A DNA stretch of 64,000 nt from an uncultured Defluviitaleaceae bacterium (GCA_964533945.1 CAZHPA010000006.1:157-64156), one strand, 5' to 3'; numbered from the stretch's first letter, positions 1 through 8,641 are shown. Translations and numbers: made by a program. Notes: generated by a model not told the origin, from the letters alone.

Positions 1-40
1 AACCCTTGCCCTTTAGGGATAGGGAGTGTCAGTCTAGCCA
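1..40 (+). mobile_element. Possible right-end / omega-RNA tail of a TnpB-type (IS200/IS605-superfamily) element whose body lies left of the window
   Basis: Bipartite G/C hairpin with a TTTA loop at 3-24 (CCC..GCCC-TTTA-GGG..GGG). Similar TTTAG-looped hairpins occur at 20094-20114 (+) and 33527-33546 (-), next to recognisable tnpB remnants. Only a few bases are visible here. Confidence 0.25.
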
Positions 41-3000
41 AATTTCCATATTCTGTCCGGTTTTTAAATAACGGTGTTTGTTAGCAGCCTCAATAATTTC
101 ATAGTAAGCTTTAAAATCCTTAGGTAAATCTATAAAATCAATTAAATTGCGATAGCTTTTTTTTATGAAGGCAATATCTGGATTGCGCCCAAGTACTTGA
201 TTGGATAGAGTTACAACATCGCCTCGTGTAATATAGTTTTCAGGACGGAAAGTACCATCGTTATAGGCTTTTAGCCAACCCCTTTTTACAGCCAATGATA
301 TTTCCCGAAAAGCCCAGTGAGTATTGGGTACATCGCTGAAACTAAGTGTAGCATCTCCTGTTAATCCGCTAAATGCTGATGCAAGCACGGCAAATTCAGC
401 ACGTGTTATAGGTTCGTTTGGACGGAAGTAATTGTTGTCGCCTTTAATTATTCCCCTTTGTTGCATAAATCCTATATAATTCGAGTACCACAAGCCCGGT
501 TTCACATCTACAAATGTGGAAGCATAGAACGGCAATTCCATTTTTTCTTCTATTAGGCGTGCAAATATTGATGCGGCTTCTGCTCTGGTTATATACCTTT
601 CTGCCCTAAACGATTTATCAGGATAACCAACTACATATGGCAAATGTTCGCCCTCAACATTTTGTTCAGGCTTGTCAGAATTTGCCGGGGGCGTTGTATG
701 CGCAGGCGTAGTGGTAGGTGTTGTTGTGGAAGAAGGCGTTGTGGTAGATTCGGGATTAGGAGTTAGTTCTGGTGTAAAGTTTACATCGGATTGCGGCTTC
801 CACTTTGCAATAAGCACCATATCGTTGTTTACACTGTCATTAAAGTTCCATAAACGCATTGAACCGCTTACATTAACTTCCCATCCCATAAAAACAAAGC
901 CCGAGCGAACAGGATTAGCAGGTTTTACTACCTTTCCACCCATAGGAATGCTTTGGCTTGAATATTGCGATAGTGGTCCAGTTCCGCCATTTAGGTTGAA
1001 TTGAACGGTATAAATTTTGTTTTGATAGGCTATGGCAAATGGACTAAAACTACTTACATCAAAAGCAATTCCATGTTCTAGATTTACAGCAATAAGAAAA
1101 TCAGGTTCAAATTTGGGGGTAAAATCTACTCCTCGGTTTACTTCTCTAAAGTGTAGCACAGTGAAACTTGTATTTTTATTTGTGCCTGTTGGATAAGGAT
1201 ATAGCACAGTTACAGGTTTGTCCGCCTGCACAATAATATTCCCGTCTGCGTGGTCAACTAAATTTAAGTAAACCGTTTCATGTGCCAATCCTTGCATAGC
1301 GGAAAGCTGGCTTATAGCGTTTTCTATGCCTTGTTGATTTTCGGGTAACAATGTATCTGACATTAAAGCCACATTGGTACTGGTAGACAATGGGTTGAGG
1401 TTTATGCCTGCTGAATTTTTGAATTGTGTATCTTTCGGCACAAAAGCAACGGGTGTTGATGGTTTATAATTCCCGGGTTTTCCTTCTAAAATCGGTGCAA
1501 AAGAAGTATGGGTTTCTTGGTTTTGGGCACGTATTTCTAAACTTGCATTTTGGTAAAAGCGAAAATCGTATACTTCATTCCCTCTAACGGCAGTTACATA
1601 ATACACTTTTCCTGAATTATCTTTTGTGGTCAGTTGAATATTATAAACACCCACGTCTTCCGATGAATATTCCTCTGATGGGTCGTAATGAGTAACGTTT
1701 GTTTCCTTATTTACGTAAACCGCTCTGAATGGAAGCTCATATATAAAGTACTCATGGTCACCTGGCACATGCACTTCTCCATCCATATAAAATGTAAATT
1801 CTTTTAATTCTTCGTCTGTTAACACGTGCCCGCTTTCGTCTTTAACTAAAAAATAAGGACGAGGAAAGCTATTACCCGAGGCTGATTGACCTCCTTGATA
1901 AGCAATCATATCCAATGGGTAAACAGTCAGATATTTTTTTAACATTGATGAAGTTCTGATTAAAGGCACTTCAAATTCTACCTGCTTTTTTGTTCCAGTG
2001 TTAATATGCTCGCCAACAAAATATTCTAATATAGTATTGTTATTAGTGGAGTAGGCAGTGTTGTTTTCTATACCTATATTATTTGATAAAAAAGAAACAT
2101 CGTAGGACAGACTATACTTATATTTGCCATTCTCAAATTCGGGTGTAATTTCCATATTCATTAAGTTCCAGCTAAGGGTACGGTCTGCAGAATTATAGAC
2201 TGCGCCGGGCTGTTCTTCAACAAAACCATCAAAGGTCATATAATCGGGAAAAGGGTCATTTATTATCCAAAGCCTTGTTTTATGAATAATATCATATTCA
2301 AGCTGATTAAACAAATCTGCAAGGTCGATAATGTTATGAATCTCGTGGTATTGTCCTTTTGTGGCAATATTAAGCATTGTGAATACTCCCGAGTCGTATT
2401 CAATATCGCTCAAATTGTTGTTTCTAAAAAATACAGTATAAATATTAATATTATCCTGTTCCCTGGCTATAATGCCCTCTGATATAGTTGGAATATAATG
2501 ATTATTAATATGAAATCCATTTAGGTTATAAAAAGGAAATGCTGTAATATCGTAATTAAAGTTACTAAGCTTAAAGTTCATGTCCATTACAGTACCATTT
2601 GAGGCTATGTGAGGGGTTATTGGTGTATCGTCTATAGGTTTGGCAACCCCGGCTTTATAAGAAAGATTTGCAGCGCCATCGCTAAAAAGCACGATATGTT
2701 TAGGATTATTACCTCCATAATTGTTCAAAACATTCCTTGCCTTATAAAGCCCAATTTGAATGTTTGTGCTATAGTTTGCCGGTTGAACCAAGTTAAGCAT
2801 ATTTAAAAAATAATCAAGGTCACTTGTTAAAGGCTGACCTTTTCCGTTTACATCTATCATTGCATTAAAAGCATCTTGGTCGTAAGCTATTAACCCTAGC
2901 AAACGATTTCCTTCCCCATTGCCTAAAAATTCTCTTGCAAATTTTTCAACAGCCAACTTTGCATGAAAAAAGATTGTGTTGCCGTCGGGAGCTATGTTCA

Positions 3001-3322
3001 ACATACTACCTGAAGTATCCAAAACTAGAACGACAGAAGCAGGTAGGCCTTTTACTGTTTCTATTTTGTTCTGCGCTAGTATATCGAACCTTATGTTGAA
3101 ACGGTCATTATCAATTTGTTTAATTGATTTTCTGTATTCAACAAGATTATCTTCCGAAATTTGCACTGAAGGGTTGTAGACAATCTGGTCAACTATATCT
3201 GCGGAGTCATTCAAAATAACACCATTTTGATATTCAATATTTTCATCTGCAAGTATGACTGTTGAAAATGAGATTATCAGCATAATGGGTATAATTATCA
3301 TTATAAAACAATATTTAATCAT
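29..3322 (-). CDS. Large secreted cell-surface protein: signal peptide, von Willebrand factor A domain, Listeria-Bacteroides (Flg_new) repeat, Thr/Pro-rich linker, three C-terminal SLH domains
   Basis: 1097-aa ORF with a hydrophobic N-terminus. MIDAS-like VVLVLDTSGSM. YTVQFNLNGG...GFVFMGWEV repeat. TTTPSSTTTPTTTP linker. Three SLH-like units (YITRAEAASIFARL, FRPNEPITRAEFAVLA, FRPENYITRGDVVTL). Confidence 0.85.
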   Translation of the reverse strand: MIKYCFIMIIIPIMLIISFSTVILADENIEYQNGVILNDSADIVDQIVYNPSVQISEDNLVEYRKSIKQIDNDRFNIRFDILAQNKIETVKGLPASVVLVLDTSGSMLNIAPDGNTIFFHAKLAVEKFAREFLGNGEGNRLLGLIAYDQDAFNAMIDVNGKGQPLTSDLDYFLNMLNLVQPANYSTNIQIGLYKARNVLNNYGGNNPKHIVLFSDGAANLSYKAGVAKPIDDTPITPHIASNGTVMDMNFKLSNFNYDITAFPFYNLNGFHINNHYIPTISEGIIAREQDNINIYTVFFRNNNLSDIEYDSGVFTMLNIATKGQYHEIHNIIDLADLFNQLEYDIIHKTRLWIINDPFPDYMTFDGFVEEQPGAVYNSADRTLSWNLMNMEITPEFENGKYKYSLSYDVSFLSNNIGIENNTAYSTNNNTILEYFVGEHINTGTKKQVEFEVPLIRTSSMLKKYLTVYPLDMIAYQGGQSASGNSFPRPYFLVKDESGHVLTDEELKEFTFYMDGEVHVPGDHEYFIYELPFRAVYVNKETNVTHYDPSEEYSSEDVGVYNIQLTTKDNSGKVYYVTAVRGNEVYDFRFYQNASLEIRAQNQETHTSFAPILEGKPGNYKPSTPVAFVPKDTQFKNSAGINLNPLSTSTNVALMSDTLLPENQQGIENAISQLSAMQGLAHETVYLNLVDHADGNIIVQADKPVTVLYPYPTGTNKNTSFTVLHFREVNRGVDFTPKFEPDFLIAVNLEHGIAFDVSSFSPFAIAYQNKIYTVQFNLNGGTGPLSQYSSQSIPMGGKVVKPANPVRSGFVFMGWEVNVSGSMRLWNFNDSVNNDMVLIAKWKPQSDVNFTPELTPNPESTTTPSSTTTPTTTPAHTTPPANSDKPEQNVEGEHLPYVVGYPDKSFRAERYITRAEAASIFARLIEEKMELPFYASTFVDVKPGLWYSNYIGFMQQRGIIKGDNNYFRPNEPITRAEFAVLASAFSGLTGDATLSFSDVPNTHWAFREISLAVKRGWLKAYNDGTFRPENYITRGDVVTLSNQVLGRNPDIAFIKKSYRNLIDFIDLPKDFKAYYEIIEAANKHRYLKTGQNMEIWLD

Positions 3323-3611
3323 AAAAATCCTCCTTTGGAAAATAAATAAACCATAGGTATCAATGCTATTTTAAGTTTTGTTGGGGTAAATATACTAAAT
3401 TTAATATGGTATATTTAGGAGGTTGTTCAAGCATGGGGAGAACTTTTTACCCTATACTATGCTTTGCTATGATAAAACTGGTGAAACAGGCTGAAAATGG
3501 CGTAAGGTTCGGCTTGAATGGATACGACTGCATATTGTGTCTACTACTAAAATATTAAAAGCCTTAACAAATAAATTAATTCACTTTAGTTATGTCAAAT
3601 AACATATATAA

Positions 3612-4268
3612 TTAGTATATTTCAAATATATTCTTTCTAAAACGAATCAAACCTTCATCACGCATTTTACAAAGCTCTCTTGACATAGCACTTCTGTCAA
3701 CACATAGATAGTGTGCCAATTCCTCACGATTATAAGGTATTATAACTTTAACGATACTGCTTGATATTTTATTCTCTGTACTTGTTTCGTTTACCTTATA
3801 TGAATTAAAAAACAGCAGCAACTTTTCACGAATAGTACGCCCTGCCATTATCTCGATTTTCTGACTGAGCATAATGCTTTTTTGGGCAATAATCCGTAGC
3901 ATGTTTGAAATGAGCTTTGGCTCATTATGAACTCTTTCAAAATCAATAAACAAAATCTCGCAATCAGTTGTAGCCTGCACTGTTACAGGGCTAATAATAA
4001 TGCCTGCGCATAAAAAAGCTTCGGCGAAAATTTGGCCTTTTGAAAGTTCCGATACTATGTTTATGTTACCGTTTATGTTTTCCTTAATAACCTTAATGTT
4101 GCCGTATAATACAATACCAATATCTTTCACCGTATTACCACTGAAAATTATATAATCATCTTGCTTAAACTGCACAACTCTTGATGCTAACTGTGGTAAT
4201 AACTTATCCAATGTATCACAACCGTTAAACAGCGGATTTTTTATTAAGTCATTAATACAATTTTTCAA
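3612..4268 (-). CDS. Crp/Fnr family transcriptional regulator (cNMP-binding domain plus C-terminal HTH)
   Basis: 218 aa. The N-terminal beta-roll-like region (FSGNTVKDIGIVLYGNIKV...GQIFAEAF) and C-terminal REELAHYLCVDRSAMSRELCKMRDEGLI HTH are typical of the family. Confidence 0.85.
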   Translation of the reverse strand: MKNCINDLIKNPLFNGCDTLDKLLPQLASRVVQFKQDDYIIFSGNTVKDIGIVLYGNIKVIKENINGNINIVSELSKGQIFAEAFLCAGIIISPVTVQATTDCEILFIDFERVHNEPKLISNMLRIIAQKSIMLSQKIEIMAGRTIREKLLLFFNSYKVNETSTENKISSSIVKVIIPYNREELAHYLCVDRSAMSRELCKMRDEGLIRFRKNIFEIY

Positions 4269-4283
4269 AATATCCTCCTTTTT

Positions 4284-4297
4284 GTTGCAAATGCAAC
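4284..4297. promoter_or_regulatory. Candidate operator palindrome GTTGCA-AA-TGCAAC between the divergent Crp/Fnr gene and the permease operon
   Basis: Perfect 6-bp inverted arms with a 2-nt spacer in the 86-nt divergent intergenic region. Assigning it to the Crp/Fnr protein is inference only. Confidence 0.3.
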
Positions 4298-4354
4298 TGA
4301 TTTATTTTTTTGATTTTAGTACAGTTAAGTTAATAAATCAATTGGGAGGAATGA

Positions 4355-4840
4355 ATGTTGGATATTTTTACAATTGGCTTTTTGGCTTTCGGCTTGATAC
4401 TCTTTGTTGTTTCTGTTATTAAAGATAAAAAGAAAACACTTGCTTCTATGAAAAAAAGCAAGGGTATGATGAGTAGTATGATGGGGGGAATTGTTGCCAT
4501 TATCTTTTTAATCGGAATACTTTTAGCATTTATACCGCCAGAAACAATCAAAAGTTTACTCGGAACATCAAACACGCTGCTATCAACACTTATTAGTGCA
4601 CTGGTGGGTGCAATAACGTTAATTCCTGCATTTGTAGCGTTTCCGCTTATTGGCTCGCTTATCAGCTATGGTGCAAGCATTATTCCTGCAGTGGCATTTC
4701 TTACAACACTAACAATGGTAGGTATCGTAACCTTTCCTCTTGAAAAGAAAGAGTTTGGGCTTAAATTTGCACTTGTCCGAAACGCCCTTAGCTTTGGTCT
4801 TGCAATGTTAATTGCACTTGCTATGGAGGTGGTTTTATGA
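4355..4840 (+). CDS. Predicted permease, small subunit of a two-piece membrane permease (ArsP_1/SMU_747c-like)
   Basis: 161 aa, polytopic and hydrophobic. Its stop overlaps the start of the next ORF (ATGA), which suggests translational coupling. Confidence 0.65.
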   Translation: MLDIFTIGFLAFGLILFVVSVIKDKKKTLASMKKSKGMMSSMMGGIVAIIFLIGILLAFIPPETIKSLLGTSNTLLSTLISALVGAITLIPAFVAFPLIGSLISYGASIIPAVAFLTTLTMVGIVTFPLEKKEFGLKFALVRNALSFGLAMLIALAMEVVL

Positions 4841-5580
4841 GTATATTTAAAGTGTTAAAGAAAAATAAGCTACTTGTATTTGTAGCACTATCTTATGTTG
4901 TTATATTTGTAATTGCCCCCAATAAAGGGCTTGTGGCAATCAAAAATAGCGGATATTATTTGTTTGAAATGTTTACCATTATGCCTGTGGTATTTTTACT
5001 TACAGTATTCATTGATGCTTGGATTCCGCAGGATATGATTGTGCGTCGGCTTGGCGAAAAGTCGGGAGTATTTGGGGGTGTATTTTCACTTTTGCTTGGA
5101 AGTCTTTCAGCAGGTCCGATTTATGCAGCTTTCCCAATATGCAAGCTGTTACTTAAAAAAGGAGCAAGTATAGGAAACATAGTTATTATATTAAGTTCAT
5201 GGGCGGTTATCAAGGTACCTATGCTTGCTAATGAAGCTAAATTTCTTGGTGTAAAGTTTATGGCGGTGCGTTGGGTATTTACAGTAGGGGCAATATTTCT
5301 TATGGCTTGGCTTTCGTCATTGTTTATTCGCAAACATGACATTCCTAATAATAAAATTACGGAAAATAATGCTTCGCTTGCTGTCGAAACTGTTTATTGT
5401 ATTGGGTGTAGTTTATGCGCAAGAGAACTTCCTAAATATTTTGGAATGGCTGATAAAAAAGCATTTGTTAAAGAAATTCAGGTAGATAAAGCCAACACGC
5501 AAGCTCTTGTACAAATATGCCAAAAGTGTCCAGTAAAAGCTATTGAAGTTAATTTTATTGATAATCCTTGCGAACAATAA
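4837..5580 (+). CDS. Predicted permease, large subunit, with a C-terminal 4Fe-4S ferredoxin-like cysteine cluster
   Basis: 247 aa with several TM segments. C-terminal CIGCSLCARELP...CQKCPVKAI resembles ferredoxin Cys motifs. Confidence 0.65.
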   Translation: MSIFKVLKKNKLLVFVALSYVVIFVIAPNKGLVAIKNSGYYLFEMFTIMPVVFLLTVFIDAWIPQDMIVRRLGEKSGVFGGVFSLLLGSLSAGPIYAAFPICKLLLKKGASIGNIVIILSSWAVIKVPMLANEAKFLGVKFMAVRWVFTVGAIFLMAWLSSLFIRKHDIPNNKITENNASLAVETVYCIGCSLCARELPKYFGMADKKAFVKEIQVDKANTQALVQICQKCPVKAIEVNFIDNPCEQ

Positions 5581-5654
5581 ATATAAAAGATACTCGCGAC
5601 ATGTTCGTCTGCCCATCTAAGACATAGGTGGAAGCTTTTTACTTAGTAGCTCTT

Positions 5655-5804
5655 TTGAAATATGGGGTGGTACCGAACTTATAAGCTTACCTATATTTTT
5701 GCCCTAAATGTAAGATGGAAACAACAATCAGTGTTAAACAACTAAATGTTTTAGTTATCAAAGAGCCAGACCATAAGATGCAAAGCAAAGCGATAAACTG
5801 GTAA
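5655..5804 (+). pseudogene. Degraded cysteine-rich KTR-domain small-protein gene (3' part only, in-frame stop)
   Basis: Translation ..NL*AYLYFCPKCKMETTISVKQLNVLVIKEPDHKMQSKAINW* matches the remembered family pattern ..NFPLYCPKCKQETLI..IKEPDAKTQSR. The N-terminal CxxC half is absent. Confidence 0.55.
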
Positions 5805-5828
5805 AGAACTTAGAAAAGGAGTATTAAA

Positions 5829-6506
5829 TTGAAAAGAATTTTAATTATTGAAGATGACGAAAACCTAAGTCGTGGAATTGGCTTTTCATTTGAAAGCGAT
5901 GGTCATTTGGTGGTAACGGCAAACACACTTAAAGACGGAGAATTTGCTTTTGATAAAGGTGGTATTGATTGCATCATTCTTGATATTGGTCTGCCAGACG
6001 GAAGCGGACTGGATTTATGCAAGTATATTCGCCAAAAATCTGAAGTTCCAATTATTATGCTAACTGCATGTGACCTTGAAACAGATGAGGTGCAGGGGCT
6101 TAAATCGGGAGCTGATGATTATATTACCAAGCCTTTTTCATTATCTGTTTTAAAAGCAAGAGTGGAAGCGCTTTTTCGCCGTTTGGGCAAAGTAAAAAGT
6201 AATGTGTTAGAAATTTCAAAATACCGCCTAGACACATCGCTCTGTAAGTTTTTTATTAGTGGCACAGAAATACCTATTAGTGCAACTGAGTTTCGTTTGC
6301 TTCATTATTTAATGTCAAATGCAGGGCAAATTTTATCAAAGGAACAAATTCTTGCGTCACTTTGGGATAATGAAGGCAATTTTGTAGACGAGAACACTTT
6401 GTCGGTAAACATAAGCCGCCTTAGAGGAAAATTAGAAACTGACCCCAAAGCCCCAAAAGCAATTAAAACGATACACGGTATGGGCTATGTTTGGGTAAAG
6501 GAGTAA
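5829..6506 (+). CDS. OmpR-family DNA-binding response regulator
   Basis: 225 aa. Receiver domain (ILIIEDDE, ILDIGLPDGSG, KP motif) plus winged-helix output (..IKTIHGMGYVW). TTG start after an AAAGGAG SD. Confidence 0.9.
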   Translation: MKRILIIEDDENLSRGIGFSFESDGHLVVTANTLKDGEFAFDKGGIDCIILDIGLPDGSGLDLCKYIRQKSEVPIIMLTACDLETDEVQGLKSGADDYITKPFSLSVLKARVEALFRRLGKVKSNVLEISKYRLDTSLCKFFISGTEIPISATEFRLLHYLMSNAGQILSKEQILASLWDNEGNFVDENTLSVNISRLRGKLETDPKAPKAIKTIHGMGYVWVKE

Positions 6507-6511
6507 ACAAA

Positions 6512-7429
6512 ATGACTTATGTTATTATTTCGATTATTGCCTTATTGTTCTGTGTGTTGACTGTCTTATTATGCCGCTTGTATGTAAAACGAGCATTTGA
6601 CACAATCGACAAAACTCTTGATGGTATTTTAAATAAAAAACTAATACTGCCATCTTCCAAACTTGCTGATAATCGGATTTCAAAACTTAACCACAAGGCA
6701 TATCGTATTTTGGATATGTATGTATCTGATGCCGCTATTGCTAAAAATGAAAAGGAAACCATACAAGGCTTTATTTCGGATATGTCGCATCAAATGAAAA
6801 CACCTCTTTCCGGTATTTCTATGTATTCTGAGCTTTTGCTAAATAATAGCTTGCCAGAAACAGAAAGAAAGGAATTTTTGCTTAGAATTAAAAAACTTTC
6901 AGATAAAATGAAGTGGATTATGGACTGCCTGATTAAACTATCAAGGTTAGAGGTTGGCGCAATAGAGCTTAATCCCACAAACGCACCTGTAAATAAAACC
7001 GTTAAGGATGCTATTGGTAGCGTACTATCTATGGCAGCAAAGAAAGACATTAATATTATTGTAACGGATTTTAAAGAGTTAGAGCTTTACCATGACACAA
7101 AATGGACGACAGAAGTAATTACTAATCTTTTGGAAAATGCAATCAAATATTCATTGCAGGGTAGTACAATTGACATATCGGTCGAGTCACTTTCGTTATA
7201 TACAAAAATTGTAATAACCGATAACGGTATTGGTGTGCCAAAAGATGAGTTAAACAAAATTTTTAAACGATTTTATAGAGGTAAAAACACAAAGGAAATT
7301 GAAGGCGCAGGGCTTGGACTTTATCTTGCTGCACTTATTATGGAAAAACAGGGTGGGTATATTGCAGTTGATTCAAAGCAAGGCGAATTTACCTCCTTTT
7401 CGGTTTTCTTACAATGTTGTAAGAAATAA
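6512..7429 (+). CDS. Sensor histidine kinase with a single N-terminal TM anchor and no extracytoplasmic domain (intramembrane/transporter-dependent type)
   Basis: H-box FISDMSHQMKTPL. N, G1 and G2 boxes (LLENAIKYS, DNGIGVP, GAGLGLYL). Only one hydrophobic segment before HisKA. ATG at 6512 follows AAGGAG. Confidence 0.85.
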   Translation: MTYVIISIIALLFCVLTVLLCRLYVKRAFDTIDKTLDGILNKKLILPSSKLADNRISKLNHKAYRILDMYVSDAAIAKNEKETIQGFISDMSHQMKTPLSGISMYSELLLNNSLPETERKEFLLRIKKLSDKMKWIMDCLIKLSRLEVGAIELNPTNAPVNKTVKDAIGSVLSMAAKKDINIIVTDFKELELYHDTKWTTEVITNLLENAIKYSLQGSTIDISVESLSLYTKIVITDNGIGVPKDELNKIFKRFYRGKNTKEIEGAGLGLYLAALIMEKQGGYIAVDSKQGEFTSFSVFLQCCKK

Positions 7430-7523
7430 ATGAGATTTTGTAAGGTAGTTGTAAGAATTACGTCTTATAATAAAAAATATAAAGTCAATTATATATTTGA
7501 CTTAACGAAAGGAGTTAATGGGT

Positions 7524-7925
7524 ATGGCAATTTTAAAAACACAGGGACTTAAGAAACACTACGGAAAAGAAAATATCGTCCGCGCGCTTGATGGTGTTGA
7601 CATTGAAATTCATGCAGGTGAGTTTGTGGCTGTTGTTGGGCAGTCAGGTTCAGGAAAAAGTACATTGCTTCATATGCTTGGCGGTTTAGACAAACCGTCC
7701 ACTGGCAAAGTAATTGTTGACGGAAACGAGTTGTCGCAGATGAGCGATGAACAACTTACAATTTTTCGCCGACGCAATGTGGGTTTTGTTTTTCAAAACT
7801 ACAATCTCGTTCCGATTTTAAATGTATATGAAAACATTGTCTTACCCATTGAACTTGATGGCAATGCGGTTGACAAGGCTTTTGTAGATGAAATCATTAA
7901 TACGCTTGGGTTGGATGAAAAGAGT
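7524..7925 (+). CDS. ABC transporter ATP-binding protein, 5' segment (Walker A, Q-loop) upstream of the IStron insertion
   Basis: GQSGSGKSTLLHMLGG Walker A; FVFQNYNLVP..ENIVLP; ends ..TLGLDEKS. After that the ORF runs into unrelated sequence and stops at 7973. Confidence 0.85.
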
Positions 7926-8340
7926 TATTTAATAGTTATCAAAAACACACTTAAATATATTAAAACATATTGATAATTATACAAAGCTCTCATAGTACGG
8001 TGACGTGCTATGTTAAAACCACATCAAATACTAGTAATCCCTAAAGCTGCACTAACTACAACGTAAAGATGAAATAAGCTTAAGCGTGAATGTTGCGAAA
8101 GTAGAAAAAATAGTGCAGATGGCATAAGGTTAAATCCTAAGTGCTATAAAACAATGGGTCTTTAGTAGGATATGCCCGAACAGGGTACTCCTCAACGACT
8201 ATCCCGGCAGGGAGTAGGGGAAAGTTCCTCGAAACGAGTGGCTCTCATAAAAATATGAGATGATGAAATAGTCTGTGCTTATGCGAAAGTATAAGGAGTT
8301 CGTAAGAGAACCGGCAGTGATTAACGACCTCTGTTGAACA
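7926..8340 (+). ncRNA. Group I intron ribozyme core (5' module of the IStron)
   Basis: No ORF. P1: exon AGAGU (7921-25) with GCUCU (7986-90), giving U7925-G7986 wobble. P2 hairpin 7991-8012. P4: 8047-54 with 8111-18, in P/Q-like contexts AAAGCUGCACUAAC / AAUAGUGCAGAU. P3 candidate: 8038-43 with 8215-20. P7: GACUAU 8197-8202 with AUAGUC 8268-73, in R/S-like contexts UCAACGACUAUC / GAUGAAAUAGUCUG. P9 hairpin 8278-95 with a GAAA tetraloop, plus further GNRA-type loops. Confidence 0.65.
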
Positions 8341-8381
8341 ATTACCAAAAAAATATATAATTTATATTTTGTTTATTATAA

Positions 8382-8407
8382 AAGGCACAAAATTACTTTT
8401 GCGCCTT
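8382..8407 (-). terminator. Hairpin overlapping the RHH stop codon; possible terminator of the RHH transcript
   Basis: On the minus strand, AAGGCGCAAAA-GTAA-TTTTGTGCCTT forms an 11-bp stem followed by TTATAATAAAC. The U-tract is weak. Confidence 0.4.
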
Positions 8408-8551
8408 AGCAGCAAAATCCTTTAGAACAGTAATAACTAAATTATTGAAGCTCCGGTTTTGTTCTTTGGCTATACTTTCTAAAGTAGCCTTTAATTCTTT
8501 TGGAATTGTAAGCATTGTACGAGTATTATGTTCTGCTATGCTTCCAGCCAT
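8393..8551 (-). CDS. Ribbon-helix-helix (CopG/Arc/MetJ-like) DNA-binding protein, 52 aa, encoded antisense inside the IStron. Below the ORF-track size cut-off.
   Basis: Translation MAGSIAEHNTRTMLTIPKELKATLESIAKEQNRSFNNLVITVLKDFAAKAQK. This shows a beta-strand (RTMLTIP) followed by helix-helix, the pattern typical of RHH proteins. GAGGTG SD sits 5 nt upstream of the ATG. Confidence 0.7.
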   Translation of the reverse strand: MAGSIAEHNTRTMLTIPKELKATLESIAKEQNRSFNNLVITVLKDFAAKAQK

Positions 8552-8569
8552 ATTGTCACCTCAAATGTT

Positions 8570-8597
8570 ATTATACCATAATAAAAACTGTTGTCAA
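8570..8597 (-). promoter_or_regulatory. Sigma-A type promoter for the RHH gene (TTGACA-N16-TGgTATAAT)
   Basis: On the minus strand, the -35 TTGACA is the reverse complement of 8592-8597. The -10 TATAAT is the reverse complement of 8570-8575 and is preceded by a TG extended element. Confidence 0.5.
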
Positions 8598-8619
8598 TAT
8601 TTAATATAACTATTGACAA
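8591..8619. promoter_or_regulatory. Perfect inverted repeat TTGTCAATA-N11-TATTGACAA covering both divergent -35 boxes; candidate RHH operator
   Basis: Arms at 8591-8599 and 8611-8619 are exact reverse complements, and each arm contains a TTGACA -35 hexamer. Direct repeats TATGATAT at 8620-27 and 8631-38 (11-nt period) lie in the PtnpB spacer. Confidence 0.5.
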
Positions 8620-8641
8620 TATGATATCAGTATGATATAAT
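8613..8641 (+). promoter_or_regulatory. Consensus sigma-A promoter for tnpB (TTGACA-N17-TATAAT) internal to the IStron
   Basis: TTGACA 8613-18, 17-nt spacer, TATAAT 8636-41. GAGGTG SD at 8654-59, ATG at 8666. Confidence 0.55.

Noticed and set aside
672-1004. Gly/Val-rich ORF on the plus strand, and the many other 60-150 aa ORFs antisense to or nested in long genes (for example 4330-4575, 10174-10467, 15671-16099, 34322-34627, 42628-42996, 53373-53768)
   Set aside because: They overlap well-supported genes on the opposite strand or in another frame. Their composition is low-complexity and mirrors the real gene (for example antisense of the Thr/Pro linker). They lack SD sequences.
3433-3558. 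41-codon ORF (MGRTFYPILCFAMIKLVKQAENGVRFGLNGYDCILCLLLKY) with an AGGAGG 10 nt upstream, between the SLH gene and crp
   Set aside because: No recognisable family and no conservation evidence available. It could be a gene fragment, so I do not report it as a feature.
7518-7973. Reading the 151-aa ORF as a simple truncated ABC ATPase pseudogene, and 10045-10308 as a separate small ORF
   Set aside because: The two parts join in frame after removing one discrete 2101-nt insert that has intron and transposon features. The tail SYLIVIKNTLKYIKTY* is insert sequence, not ATPase.
8205-8300. RNase P-like GGAAAGUUCC / AGAGAACCGGC strings and a hammerhead-like UGAUGA...GAAA string
   Set aside because: The two RNase P-like strings are only ~100 nt apart and in the wrong context for P4. 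The GAAA is the tetraloop of a 7-bp hairpin (8278-95), and UGAUGAAAUAGUC fits J8/7-P7 of a group I intron much better.
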